Shown: positions 23,829-36,203 of the stretch, piece after piece | How positions within the stretch are numbered: the first letter of the stretch is position 1 | How the letters are laid out: every line of letters begins with the position of its first letter | From: an uncultured Chloroflexia bacterium | GTDB taxonomy: Bacteria; Chloroflexota; Limnocylindria; Limnocylindrales; CSP1-4 | Reading direction: 5' to 3' | Length of the DNA: 64,000 bases | Assembly (NCBI GenBank): GCA_963767945.1 | Contig: CAVYGH010000013.1 | Location: 70,078 to 134,077 of the forward strand | The notes under the pieces: model-generated | The model's input: only the letters and a program-made list of their open reading frames with translations | What the model was told of the DNA's origin: nothing | Databases searched by the model: none | Translations under genes and position numbers: made by a program

Positions 23829-26767
23829 TCAGCCCGTGTTCTGGAGCCCGGCGGCGATCCCGTTGATCGTGACCCCGATGACCGTCCGGAGCGCGACCTC
23901 GTCGGATGCCGAGACGTCCGGCGCGCGGAGCCGCCCGAGCAGCTCGACCTGCACGGCGGACAGCGCGTCCACGTAGGGGTTGCGCAGCTCGATCGAGCGC
24001 GCCAGCGTCGGATGCCCGGCCAGCAGCCGGTCGCGCCCCGTGACCAGCAGCAGCAGCCGCACCGATCGGGCGTACTCGGCCTCGATCATGCCCCGGATCG
24101 CCGTCGCCTCCGCCCCCGCGGCGAGGTCCGCGTACCGCCGGAACGTGCCCAGGTCCGCCTTGGCCAGCGACAGCTCCGCGTTGTCCAGCACCGAGGCGAA
24201 GAACGGCCACCGCCGGTAGAGCGCGGCGAGCTGGTCGACGACCTCCCGCCCGCCGCGATCGGTGATCGCCTCGAGGGCGGTGCCCAGGCCGTACCAGCCG
24301 GGCAGGTTGGACCGCGCCTGCGACCAGGCGAACACCCACGGGATCGCCCGCAGCGCGCCGACGTCGTCGGCGTCCGCCTGGCGCGCGACCGCGTCGCCGG
24401 CGCCGCGCGCGACGCCCGCCCGCGCGCCGGGCCGTGCCGTCGGCCGCGACCCGAGGCCCAGGCCGGCGATGAGGTCGATCGGCGTCGCGGCCCGGAAGAA
24501 CGCGCCGAACGCCGGCCGCTCGACCAGCGACCGGTAGGCGTTGCGGGAGATCGCGGTGAGCTCGGTCATCGTCGCGCGCCCGGCCTCGGCCGCGTCCGCG
24601 GTCGCGCGGTCGTGCTCCGGCGTCGACGCCAACAGCGCGGCGGACGTGACCTGCTCGAGATGACGCTGCGCGATCGCCGGGTCGGCGTAGTGGGCGGCGA
24701 TGACCTCGCCCTGCTCGGTGAACTTGAGGCGACCGTCGACGGAGCCCGGCGCCTGCGCCAGGATCGCCCGGTTCGCCGGGCCGCCACCCCGACCGACGGC
24801 GCCGCCGCGCCCGTGGAACAGCGTGAGCCGGATGCCGTGCCGACGCGCGCTGGCGACGAGCGCCTCCTGGGCCCGGTACAGGAGCCAGTTCGCCGCGAGG
24901 AACCCGCTCTCCTTGGACGAGTCGGAGTAGCCGAGCATGACCTCCTGGGCGTCGTCGCGCTCCCGCAGGTGGGCGCGGTAGGCGTCGTCGGCGAGCAGGC
25001 CGTCGAGCAGCTCGGTCGCGCCCGCGAGGGCGTCGGCGCTCTCGAGCAGGGGCACCACGTCGAGCGCGGGCAGGCCGGGCGGCAGGTCGTCGAGGGCGGG
25101 CGCGGGACGGACGAACGGCTCGGGCTCCGCGGCGCGCCGCGCGAGCTCCAGCACCGCGGCGACGTCGTCAGGGCTCGTCGTGAACGAGATCACGTACCGC
25201 CGGCACGCCTCGATGCCGAACCGCGCCTGGAGCCTCGCGATCACCCGGAACGTGGCCAGCACCTCGGCCACCGTGACGCCCGCGGCGACCTCGGTCTCCG
25301 GATCCGCCCCCCGACGCAGCGCCTCGAGGGCGGCCCGATGGACCGCGGCATGCTGGCGGACCTCGAGCGACGCGAGGTGGAAGCCGAACGTCGCCAGCTG
25401 CCAGCGCAGCTCCGCGACCTCGCCCCACGCCACGCGACCGAGCCCGTCCGCGACCAGCGCGTGCTGCAGCGACGCCAGCTCGGCGTCGAGGACGTCCGCG
25501 CCCGCGTAGCCGCCGGACCGCGCACCCGCCTCACCGGTGAGGGCCGCGCGCGTGCGGCGCAGCCGCTCCGCGATCGCGCCGAGGCGCTGGCGGTAGGGCT
25601 CCTCCGGGAAGCGGCGCCGGAGCTGGCGCATGGTCTCGGGCAGCTCCTCGGCGTCGAGGGCCAGCGCGTGGTCGAGCGCCCGGTCGACGCGATCGGGGGC
25701 AACGCGTGCCGCGACCGTCTGCATCAGCCGCCCGGCGACCGCCTCGTAGCCGTGCAGGACGTGGTCGGCCTGGAGGCGGGCCGCGTGCAGGGTGATGTCC
25801 GCGGTCACGCCCGGGTGCCCGTCGCGGTCCGACCCGATCCAGGTCCCGAATCGGAGCACGGCCGGCGCGCCGGAAACCCGGGTGCCCGTCCGTCCCGCGT
25901 CGACCGCCAGCGCCGGTTCCGTCGTCGTGGATTCGCCCGCCGGCGGCGCGACCGCGTCCAGCGCCCGGTCCAGCGCGCGGACGTAGCGGGGGACGACCGT
26001 GAACAGCGTCTCGTCGAAGATCGCGAGGGCCGATCGGACCTCGTCGAGCGGCGTGGGCAGCACCGCCCGCAGGTCGCCGGTGTGCCACAGGAGCGTGATC
26101 TCCTCGCGCAGGCGGCGGCGCAGGTCGGCATCCTCGTCGTGGGTGGTCAGCGGGTCGTCGAGGGTGTCGAGCAACCGCCGGATCCGCCGCAGCGCGATCA
26201 GCAGCGTGCGTCGCCGGGCCTCGGTGGGATGGGCGGTGAGGACCGGGTGGACCTCGACCGAACGGAGCCGGGCCTCGATCGCGTCCCGGTCCAGGTCGAC
26301 CGCGAGCCGCTCGACCGCCTCGCCGAGGGACTCGTCGATCGGCCGGCCCTTCGCGCGACGCGCCCGCGTCCGGAGCACGCGTACGCGCTGGCGCTCCTCC
26401 GCGAGGTTGACGAGCTGGAAGTAGAGCGTGAACGCGCGGGCCACGGCCGCCGCGTGCTCGACGTCGAGCGACGCGATCTCCGCCCCGAGCCGCTCCCGCT
26501 CGATGTCCGGCTCGAGGACGAGGTCGGGATCGCCGCGCCGCAGGGCGATCGTCCGCCGCCGGATCCGCTCGACCAGGGCGAACAGCTCGGGTCCCGCCTG
26601 CTCGGCGATGACCTGCCCGAGCAGCGAGCCGAGGAAGCGGACCTCGTGGGCGAGCGGGTCGCGCGCGCGGCCCAGCCCGGGTCCCGGGGGCTCGGCCGCC
26701 GCGGCCGGAAACCGGGACCCCCGCGCGCGGGACGGGGCCCGAGCCGGTCGGGCAGCGCGGTCGGCCA
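23829..26767 (-). CDS. ppc: phosphoenolpyruvate carboxylase
   Basis: Intact. N-terminus has DPLAHEVRFLGSLLGQVI and the C-terminal signature is INGIAAGLQNTG. Start set at the GTG at 26767, where GC3 rises; the ORF track extends to 26858. Confidence 0.9.
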
Positions 26768-26893
26768 CGGGGACAGGATGGGGGAGGCCCGGTTCGGCTG
26801 CCAGTCGACGAGGGTTACGGTTCGACTGCAAGGGCACCCGCGCGGTACCGGGCCGCAACCGATTTCGGTAGCGGTGCCGCCTACGCTGGTACG

Positions 26894-28283
26894 GTGATCG
26901 TGATGGCCGGGATCGAAGGGCCGTACACCGCCGCCGACGCCGCCCGGCTCCGCCCGGACCCGGCGCCCGGGCGTGACGACGAGCCCGCCGGCGGGACGCC
27001 GGGCGAGCCCCCGGACCGACCGCGCGAGCCGCTCCGCGGGCGGCCGCAGGACCCGATCGCCGAGCTCCGGTTCCTCCACGAGCTGCTGGGCCTGGTCACG
27101 ACCGCCCAGACGTGGGAGGAGCTGCTCGAGACGGTCGTGGACGGGACGCGGGACGCGCTCGGCGCGAGCGTGTCGTCGCTGTACCTGCTCGATCGCGATG
27201 GCACCCGCCTGACGCTGGCCGCCACCAACGGCCTCGACCGCTTCCAGATCGGACGCGCCGTGGTGCCGTTCGGGGAGGGGATCACCGGCCGGGTCGCGGC
27301 CACCCGCGAGGCCATGGTCATCCCCGACGTCGCCGCCGAGCCGCGCTTCCTGTGGGTGCGCGGGATCGACCAGCGGCGCTTCGTCGCCTCGATGCTGTCC
27401 GTGCCGCTCACGTGGCACGACCAGGTCGTGGGCGTGCTCAACGTCCAGACCGAGGAGCACCGCGAGTTCACGCCGTCCGACGTGGACCAGCTGTCCGCGA
27501 TCGCGGACCTCCTCGCCGGGATCGTCGAGAAGGGCCGCCTGCAGCGCGAGGCCGAGGCGCAGGTCGAACAGCTCAAGGCCCTCGACCAGGCGCGCAACGA
27601 GCTCATCGCGCTCGTGACCCACGAGCTGCGGACGCCGCTGGCCGTCGTCCGCGCCTACACCGACCTGCTCGCCGACGAGCCCGTGCTCCAGGGCCGCACG
27701 TCGCGCGACCCGGTTCGCCGGGCGCAGCGGGCCTCGTGGCACCGCGGGCACGGTCGACCAGATCGAGCGGCTGGACCGGCTCGTCGACTCGATCCTCGAG
27801 TCGGTGCGCGTCGTGCCCGATCGGCCACCCGACCTCCAGACGATCGACCTGGCGCCGATGGTCGACGAGGTGCTGGGCGACCTCGGGCCGCTGCTCGCGC
27901 GGCACCGGCAGCGGATCACGGGCTCGCGCCGGCTGCACGTCATGGCCGACCGTGGACGCCTGCGCCAGGTGCTCGAGCACCTGCTCGAGAACGCGGTCAA
28001 GTACGCGCCGCCGGACACCCCGATCGAGCTCGACTGGCGGCTGGACGAGGGCGTGGTGCGGGTCGAGGTCACCGACGACGGGCCGGGCATCCCGCCGGAG
28101 TGGCGCGATCGGATCTTCGAGCCGTATGCGCGACACGAGACGGCCACGGCACGCGGCTCGGGCATCGGCCTGTACGCCGCTCGCCGGCTGGCCGAGTCGA
28201 TGGGCGGACAGCTGTGGTGTGAGCCGGCGCCGTCCGGCGGCGCGCGCTTCGTGCTCGCGCTGCCCGCGGCCGTCGCGGTCTGA
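26894..28283 (+). CDS. GAF-domain sensor histidine kinase; one extra base at ~27747 as assembled
   Basis: GAF region ITGRVAATREAMVIPDVAAEPRF, H-box THELRTPL, and the junction before TVDQIERLDRLVDSILESV. HATPase motifs are DDGPGIPPEWRDRIFEPY and GSGIGLY. Confidence 0.85.
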
Positions 28284-28302
28284 GGGAACGAAGGAGGGCC
28301 TG

Positions 28303-29028
28303 TTGATCGGCACGAGACCCCTGCGAATCCTGGTGGTGGACGACGACCCGGCGATGGTCGGCGCGATCACCGCGCTGGTCGGCACCGAGGGCCACCAGGT
28401 GATCACCGCCTACGACGGCCTGACGGCCGTCAAGCGCTTCCGCGAGGAGCGGCCCGACCTCGTCCTGCTGGACCTCGCGATGCCCGGCCCGGACGGGTTC
28501 ACGGTCATCGGCCAGCTGCGCGCCACGGGCAACGTCCCGGTCCTCGTCGTGTCGGGCGAGAGCGCCGAGGCGGCCAAGGTGAAGGCGCTGGGGATCGGCG
28601 CCGACGACTACCTCGTCAAGCCGTTCGGCAAGCAGGAGCTGCTGGCCCGGATCTCGGCCGTGATGCGTCGCGTGGACCTCGCGGGGACCGGGCACATCGG
28701 GGGCAACGGCGACGGCCCGGCGGGGGTCCTGACGGCCGGCTCGCTGACGCTCGAGCCCGCGCGCCACGAGGCGCGCGTCGGCGCCATCCAGCTCAACCTG
28801 ACGCCGACCGAGTTCCGGCTGCTCGAGGCGCTGGTCCGCGCGGGCGGCGACCTGGTCGCTCATCACCGGCTCGCGCGCGCTGGATGGCCCGCCGAGCCCG
28901 ATCCGGACCTGCTGTGGCTCAAGCCCCACCTCGCCCGGCTGCGGTCGAAGCTGGAGGCCGTCGGTGGGCCGCGGATCGTCGCCGTGCGTTCGGTCGGCTA
29001 CCGAATCGAGGCCGACGAGCCTGCCTGA
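28303..29028 (+). CDS. OmpR-family response regulator
   Basis: TTG at 28303 after GAAGGAGGG. Receiver region is LRILVVDDDPAM...LVLLDLAMPG, and the winged helix is LTPTEFRLLEAL...VGYRI. Confidence 0.85.
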   Translation: MIGTRPLRILVVDDDPAMVGAITALVGTEGHQVITAYDGLTAVKRFREERPDLVLLDLAMPGPDGFTVIGQLRATGNVPVLVVSGESAEAAKVKALGIGADDYLVKPFGKQELLARISAVMRRVDLAGTGHIGGNGDGPAGVLTAGSLTLEPARHEARVGAIQLNLTPTEFRLLEALVRAGGDLVAHHRLARAGWPAEPDPDLLWLKPHLARLRSKLEAVGGPRIVAVRSVGYRIEADEPA

Positions 29029-29125
29029 ATAATCGATCGTCCGGGTTAGCCGGGACCGGCTACACTCCCGCTCGTCACACGGCCATCCGGCCGAACCGTC
29101 ACTCGGACCGGGCCGTCAGACAACC

Positions 29126-31010
29126 ATGAGAGAGAAGGGGGAGCCGGTGCCGACCAGGTCGCGCTTCGCGCTGCTGCTCGCAACCGCGCTCGTGCTCGGG
29201 GTCGCGGCCCCGGCCGCGGCGTCGGGCGCCATCGACACCGCTCGCCGGACCGCCGACGCGGCGGCCTTCGAGGGCCGCCTGATCGTCGTCTGGAAGGGCG
29301 TCGCGCCCCGGACCCTCAACATGGCCGGCGTCGAATCGACGTCGCCCATGGAGCGGTTCACGCGTTCGGTGGTCACGACCAAGCCCGGCCGCTCGGCCGC
29401 CGTCGCCCGGTCCCTGCGCGCCGATCCGCGCGTGCTGGCCGTGGTGCCCGACGCCCAGCTCTCGTTCCTCGACTGGCCGGCCGACGGCGACCCGTCGGAC
29501 ACGCGCTACGCCGAGCAGGGCGACCTCGCCCAGATCGGCGTCCCCGACGCCTGGACGACGACGCGCGGCGACCCCTCGGTCGTGGTCGCGGTCATCGACT
29601 CGGGCATCGACCTGACCCACCCCGACCTCGACGACGTCGCCGTCGTCGACCCGCGCAACGTGGTCTGGAACAACGATGACGTGAGCGACCAGGTCGGCCA
29701 CGGCACCCACGTGATGGGCACGATCGTCGCCGAGACCAACAACGCCGAAGGCATCGCCGGCATCGCCCCCGATTCCACGCTGATGCCGATCAAGATCGCC
29801 GACGACAGCGGCTTCGTCGCCTTCTCGGACATCCTCGACGCCGTCGACTGGGCCCGCGAGCACGGTGCCGACGTGATCAACATGAGCCTCGGCGGCGCGC
29901 TCACCGTCGACCAGGTGGCGCTGGGGCAGCCCACGTTCACCGCCGCCCGCGACGCGGGGATCCTGATGGTCGCCGCCGCCGGCAACGAGGCGACCCAGAT
30001 CCGGATGTACCCGGCCTCGTTCGCCGGCGTGGTGTCGGTGAGCGCGGTCGACTCGACGGACACCATCGCCGAGTTCTCGAACAGCGGCCGCGCCGTGGAC
30101 ATCGCCGCCCCCGGCGTCGATCTCCTGTCCACGGTCCCCGACGGCGACTACGCGCTGGGGACGGGCACGAGCATGTCCTCTCCGCACGTCGCGGGCGTCG
30201 CCGCGCTGATCCGGGCGGCACGCCCGGGCCTCAACGTCGACGAGGTCGAGGCCGTGCTGCGCGCGAGCGCGGTCGACCTCGGCGCCCCGGGCCGCGACAA
30301 CGTCTACGGTGACGGGCGCGTCGATGCGGCGGCCGCGCTGGTGGAGCCGGTCCCGGACCCCATCCCGAACTTCGACCCGCCGGCGCCGTTCCCCCCGCTG
30401 ACGATCTCGTTCATCGCGCCGGCCGCCAAGGTCACCCAGACGGCGACCGACTACACCGTGCAGCTCGACATCAACCACGAGGTCGTCGACTCGATCGCGC
30501 TGCTGGGATCCTGGGCACAGACCAACGGCCACTGCAAGGACGACAAGCAGTTCCGCGTGCGGGAGCTGACCTTCGGTCCCACGATCCCGCTCCACAACCT
30601 GAAGCCAGGCCGCTGCTACCAGGTGCTCGTGGCGGCCGTGGACGAGGACCTCAACTACGGCGAGGCCACCTCGCCGCTGATCAAGATCCTCGACGTGACG
30701 CCGCCGGTGATCGTGGCCCGGACCCCGGCTCCGGGGAAGCACCACGTGAGCCGCTCGGCCAACGTGGGCATCCGGTTCTCGGAGCCGGTCGTGCTCAAGG
30801 GCACGCCCGCCGTGATCCGCAACGTGCACACGGGCAAGCTGGTCGCCGCGAAGGCGACCTGGAACGCCAAGACCCTGCACCCTGGTGCTCGACCCGACCA
30901 AGACGCTGCGCGCCGGGACCCGCTACCGGGTGGAGGTCGGGCTGAATGTCGTCGATCGCGGCGGCAATCACCTCGTGCCCGTCCACTGGGGCTTCGTCAC
31001 GGGCTCCTGA
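29126..31010 (+). CDS. secreted S8 (subtilisin-like) serine peptidase with C-terminal Ig-like (SbsA-type) domains; one extra base at ~30878 as assembled
   Basis: Signal peptide present. Catalytic residues: D in VAVIDSGID, H in HGTHVMG, S in GTSMSSPHVAG. The junction reads ATWNAKTL / TLVLDPTKTLRAGTRYRVEV...HWGFVTGS. An alternative start is the GTG at 29147. Confidence 0.85.
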
Positions 31011-31028
31011 TCGGGGCCGGGAATCGAA

Positions 31029-31054
31029 CGGCCCCGGGGCGTGAACCGGGGCCG
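31029..31054. terminator. GC-rich hairpin between convergent S8 peptidase and Cys-rich ORF genes
   Basis: 9-bp stem CGGCCCCGG / CCGGGGCCG with an 8-nt loop, then TTGCAT. An alternative overlapping 7-bp hairpin uses 31013-31019 and 31029-31035. Confidence 0.45.
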
Positions 31055-31099
31055 TTGCATGTAGTGGGGCCGGCGCGCGGCCGGGGCGTCAGCGACGCG

Positions 31100-31324
31100 T
31101 CAGGCGGCGACCAGCGCGCGACCGTGGGCGTCGTGCTCGGCGTCCGCGCAGTCGATCCGGCAGCCGCGGGCGTCGCGCCCGCCCATCGGCGCGAAGTGGA
31201 ACCAGACCTCTTCGCCGTTGGCGGCACGCTGCAGCCGGCAGCCGCAGGTGCTGCAGGTGATCGGGCCGCTCCGGCCGTCGATGGCCTCGGCGATGTGGCT
31301 GGTGTCGAAGGCGGGGTACGTCAT
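31100..31324 (-). CDS. 74-aa Cys-rich hypothetical protein
   Basis: ATG at 31324 with GGAG upstream. Translation is MTYPAFDTSHIAEAIDGRSGPITCSTCGCRLQRAANGEEVWFHFAPMGGRDARGCRIDCADAEHDAHGRALVAA. It appears in the track only as the tail of the 1695-aa composite ORF. Confidence 0.45.
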   Translation of the reverse strand: MTYPAFDTSHIAEAIDGRSGPITCSTCGCRLQRAANGEEVWFHFAPMGGRDARGCRIDCADAEHDAHGRALVAA

Positions 31325-31407
31325 CGGGGCTCCGGGGAGAACGGCGCCAAGGGACGCGGCGCCGAGCGACGATGGTCTCGCGCCGGGCGTTCGAGGATCG
31401 ACACCGC

Positions 31408-34400
31408 TCAGGCGACGGCCCGGTTGCGGTTCGGTTGCGCGTCGCGGGCCGGCGCACCGGGTCCCACGCCCACCGCGGCGGTCGCCTCGGCGGCCGCCGG
31501 GACCACGGCGACCGGCGCCACGGGCACCGGTTCGACCAGCCACACGTCGGCCAGGACCGAGTCTCCGCTCTCGAGCAGGCGAGCCGCGAGCGCCGATCCG
31601 GCGTCGCGGTGGGCGCCCAGGAGGCGTAGCAGCTCGGCCGCGAGCATGGCCCCGTCGTCCCGCATCGTGGCGGCGTCGACGAGCCGCGCCGCCCGGACGG
31701 ACGGGGCGTGCAGCGCCGCGACGTGGCGTCCCGACGGGTCCCACAGGTAGGCCCGGCCGCCCGTCATCCCGGCGCCGAAGCTCTGGCCGACGGGGCCCAG
31801 CACGACGACCGCGCCCCCGGTCATGTACTCGCAGCCGTGGGGTCCGACGCCCTCGACCACCGCCTCGGCGCCCGAGTTGCGGATCGCGAACCGCATCCCG
31901 GCCCGGCCGACGACGTGCAGCCGCCCGCCGGTGGCGCCGTACAGGCAGGTGTTGCCGGCGAGCGCGAACGACGAGGCGCCGCTCGCCGACGCCGCGGCGC
32001 CCTCGAGCATCTCGGGCGCCGGCCGGACGACGAGCTGGCCGCCCGACAGCCCCTTGCCCACGTAGTCGTTGGCCGTGCCCTCGAGCACCAGCGAGACGCC
32101 GTCGCCCGCCCAGGCGCCGAAGCTCTGGCCGGCCGCGCCGCGGAGGGCGAGCCGGACGGGCCCCCGGAGCTCGCCGCGGTGGATCGCACCGGTCAGCGCC
32201 GCGCCGAACGACCGCTCGGCCGTGGTGACCCGGAGGCCCGACGCCGACAGGCCGCCCTCCTGGCCGTCCAGCGCCGCGACGAGGCGGCTCTCGAGGCCCG
32301 AGGCCGCCTGGCGCTCGATGTCGCGCGACGCCGCCCACGGGGCCGACCGCCGCTCGGGCGACGCGCCCCAGGCCGGCGACAGCAGCGCGGAGAGGTCGAT
32401 CGTGCTGCCCTTGCCCTCGCGCAGGAACCGCCGGCCCTCGCCCACGACCTCGCCCACCGACCGGGCGCCCACGGCCGCCAGCGAGCGGCGCAGGTCCTCG
32501 GCCAGGCGCAGGAAGAAGGCGACGACCATCTCGGGGGTGCCGGTGAACTTGGCCCGCAGGTCCTCGCGCTGGGTGGCGATGCCCGTGGGACAGGTGTCGA
32601 GGTGGCACTGGCGGGCCATGTCGCAGCCCACGGCGACCAGCGCACCGGTCCCGAAGGCGAACTCCTCGGCGCCCAGGAGCGCGGCGATCAGGAGGTCGTT
32701 GCCGGTCTGGAGGCCGCCGTCGGTGCGCAGCGCGACGCGGTCGCGCAGGTCGTTGCGGAGCAGCGACTGGTGGACCTCGGACAGGCCGAGCTCCCACGGC
32801 GCGCCGACGTGCTTGATCGACGACAGCGGCGACGCGCCCGTCCCGCCGGCGTGGCCCGAGAGGTGGATGTAGTCGGCGCCCGCCTTCGTCACGCCCGAGG
32901 CGATCGTGCCCACGCCGCGCGTCGCGACGAGCTTGACGCCGATCCGCGCCCGCGGGTTGATCGCCCGCAGGTCCGCGATCAGCTGCGCGAGGTCCTCGAT
33001 CGAGTAGATGTCGTGGTGGGGCGGCGGGCTGATCAGCGGCTGCCCGGGCTGCGCACGCCGCAGGGCGGCGATGTAGACGGTCACCTTGCGGCCGGGGAGC
33101 TGCCCGCCCTCGCCGGGCTTCGAGCCCTGGGCCATCTTGATCTCGAGCTGGTCCGCGCGCGACAGGTACTCCGCCGTGACGCCGAAGCGCGCCGACGCGA
33201 CCTGCTTGATCCGCGCGTCCGTGGGCTGCCCGTCGGGGCCGGGCGCGTACCAGGCCGGATCCTCGCCGCCCTCGCCCGTGTTGGCGGCGCCACCCAGCGC
33301 CTGGATCCCGAGCGTCAGCGCCCGGTGGGCCTCGGGCGACAGCGCGCCCGACGCTCATCGCCGAGACGACGAACCGCCGGGCGATCGAACGGGCGTCCTC
33401 GACCTCGTCGAGCGGCACCGCCGAGGCGCCTCGCGGCGCGCGGACGCGGAACCCGTCGCGGACGAGCGCCGCCTCGCGGCTGAGGGCGTCGCGATACGTG
33501 GCCAGCGCGGCGTCGACGCCGGCCGCCGGGTCGTCGGTCGCGGCGAGCGTGGTGAGCGCGGACGCGTTGGCGGGGCTGTACAGGTGGAGCTCGCCGTCGC
33601 CGCGGAAGCGCGCGAAGCCGGGGTCGGGGAGCCGGTCCGGCCGTGCGGCCGCCGCGATGGCCTGCGCCTCCGCGAGGCGGGCCAGCTGGACTCGTCCGAG
33701 GTCCGCCGCCTCGAGCCGGCCGGGCCACGCCGCGGCGGCCGGGAAGCAGCGCGCGACGAGCGCCGGCGCGAGCTCCAGGGTCTCGAACAGCTGGCCGCCG
33801 ACGTAGCTGGCGACGGTCGAGATGCCCATCCGGGCCAGGACCTTGCGCAGGCCGGCGTCGAGCGCCAGCAGCAGGTTGGCGACGGCGTCGGCGGGCGTGA
33901 GGGCCTCTGCGCCGCGCGACCCCGCCTGCTCCCGGGCGAGCGCGATCAGCAGCCGCGGGTGGACCACCCGGGCGCCGGCGGCGACGACCATCGCCAGGCC
34001 GTGCACGTCGAGCACGTCGCCGGCGTCGAGCACGAGGTCGGTGCGACCGCGCAGGCCGGCCTCGGCGAGCGCGGTGTGGACGGCGCCCGCGGCGAGGACC
34101 GACGGGACGGGCAGTCGGGCCGGTTCGTCGAGGCTCGCCGCGGCGTCGGACAGCACGATGACCTCGGTGCTCGCCCGGGCCGCGTCGAGGGCGGCCGACG
34201 CGAGCCGGTCCAGCGCAGCCTCGAGCCCGGCCTCGCCCGCGGAGGCGGCCCAGGTGGCGTCGAGCCGGCGGACCGCGCGGTGCGGGGCGCGGGACCTCGC
34301 GCGGACCGCGTCGAGGAGCCCGTCGAGGTCGACGACGACCGGGCGGCCGACCCGGACCGTCGCGGCGCCGGTCGGCATGCCGCCCAGGAAGGCCGGCCGC

Positions 34401-36121
34401 CGACCGAGCTCCATCTGGAGGTCCATGACCGCGCGCTCGCGCTCGGGATCGATCGGCGGGTTGGTGACCTGGGCGAACGCCTGCCGGAGGTGGTCGGCGA
34501 CGGGTCGCGTGACCCGGCCGCGTCCGGCCAGCGGCGTGTCGTCGCCCATGCTCCACAGCGGCTCGTGGCCGTCGATGGCCATCGTCCGCACGTCGAGGCG
34601 CAGCTTCTCGGCATCCAGCCCGTAGAGATAGCGCAGGGCGGGGGCGGGAGCATCGGGGTCGGCCGGTGCGGCGTGGGCGGGTGTCGGCGCCTCGCCGTCG
34701 GCGGTCACGGGCGCGGCGGTCGCGATGACCGGGATCCGGACCTCCTCGTCGGGGAACACGTCGCGCGGCGCGTCGTGCAGCGGCAGCCGGCGGAGCACCC
34801 ACGACTTGGCGTCGGCGTCCGTGAGCACGCGCCCGGCCGCCGGGTCCACGAGCAGCAGCTCGCCGGGCGCGAGACGGCCGGTGCGGACGATCTCGCCCGG
34901 TGCCAGCGGGACGGCGCCGGCCTCGGACGCGACGGCGACCACGCGGTCGATGGTCACGGACCAGGCCGCCGGCCGGAGCCCGTTGCGATCGAGCAGCGCG
35001 CCGACCCGGCGGCCGTCGCTGAACACGAAGGCGCCGGGTCCGTCCCACGGCGCGACGAAGCCGGCGACCCGGCGCCGGAACGCGGCGACGGCCGGATGCG
35101 GCGTGCGGCGGAGGCCGGGCGCCTCGGGCACGAGGGCGAGCAGCGCGGTCTCGAGCGACCACCCGGTCGCGACCAGCAGCTCGAGGGCCTCGTCGAGCGA
35201 GCGCGAGTCCGAGACGCCCGGGGAGAGCAGGGGCCCGGCGGCGCGGAGCCGGTCGGCGGCCTCCCGGCGGCGGGCGGGGACGCCCGCGTCGTCGCGCCGG
35301 CCGCGGATGGCCTCGCGGTTGCCGCGGACGGTGTTGATCTCGCCGTTGTGGGCGACGAACCCGAACGGCTGGGCGAGCGACCACACCGGCTGGGTGTTGG
35401 TCGCATAGCGCTGGTGGAACATCGCGAACGGAACGTCGATCGCCTCGGCCAGGTCGGGGAACAGCTCGGCGAGGCGGGCGCCGGCCACCAGGCCCTTGTA
35501 GACGGCCGTGCGCGACGACGCCGAGACGACCGCGAAGGCGTCGAGTCCGGCGGCCCGAGCGGTCGCGTCCGCGCGACGGCGCGCGCACGCCAGGGCGAGC
35601 TCGAACTCGGGCTCGGTCGTCTCGTCGGGCCGGGGCACCAGCGCCTGGAGGATGTCCGGGAGGGAGGCGCCGGCCTCGCGGCCGAGGGCGGCGGGGTCGA
35701 CCGGGACCCGGCGCCACACGGGTGCCGGGAGACCCTCGGCGGCCAGCGCGGCGGCGACGATCGATCGGGGGTCGGCCGAGCCGGCCGTGCGACGCCGAGG
35801 CCAAGGGGCGAACACCGTGAGGACGCCCGGCCGCTCGCCGGCTTCGCCATCGGGATCGAGGAGGCGCAGGAGCGACGGCGTCAGGGGGAGGAGGACCCCC
35901 GCGCCATCGCTCGAGGCGCCGTCCGCGGCGAAGGCCCCGCGATGACCGAGGGAGCCGAGGCCCCCGAGCGCGAGCGCGAGGACGCGACCGCCGGACGTGC
36001 CACCGGCGTCCGCGACGAACCCGACGCCGCACGCGTCGTGCTCGTAGCGCGGGTCGTACAGCCGCGGCTCTCGTCGTCCGCGGTTCGGGGTCTGTCGCTG
36101 TGGGGCGCCGTCGTTGGTCAT
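31408..36121 (-). CDS. gltB: glutamate synthase large subunit; one extra base at ~33348 as assembled
   Basis: Ntn-amidotransferase start is YEHDACGVGFVAD. The junction reads RRFVVSAMS / VGALSPEAHRALTLGIQALGGAANTGEGGEDP and runs into listed ORF 31408..33135 (MAQGSKPGEGGQLPG...). Confidence 0.9.
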
Positions 36122-36203
36122 CGGAGACTCCAATCGGCCGCCGGACGGACCGGCGGCCGATCTGCGGGCACGGCCCGGCGAGCGCACCGGGCCGTCGGGG
36201 TCA

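Noticed and set aside
29027-29040. Fourth copy of the iol operator (ATAATCGATCGT after the response-regulator gene)
   Set aside because: The core is only 7/8 (AATCGATC). It is not near an iol gene and lies immediately after a stop codon. It is probably a chance match.
31100-36187. 1695-aa ORF taken as a single glutamate synthase
   Set aside because: Only the N-terminal ~920 residues are GltB. After ~33348 the frame is wrong (Arg-rich nonsense), and the last 74 codons are a separate small ORF. The genuine C-terminal part of GltB is listed ORF 31408..33135.
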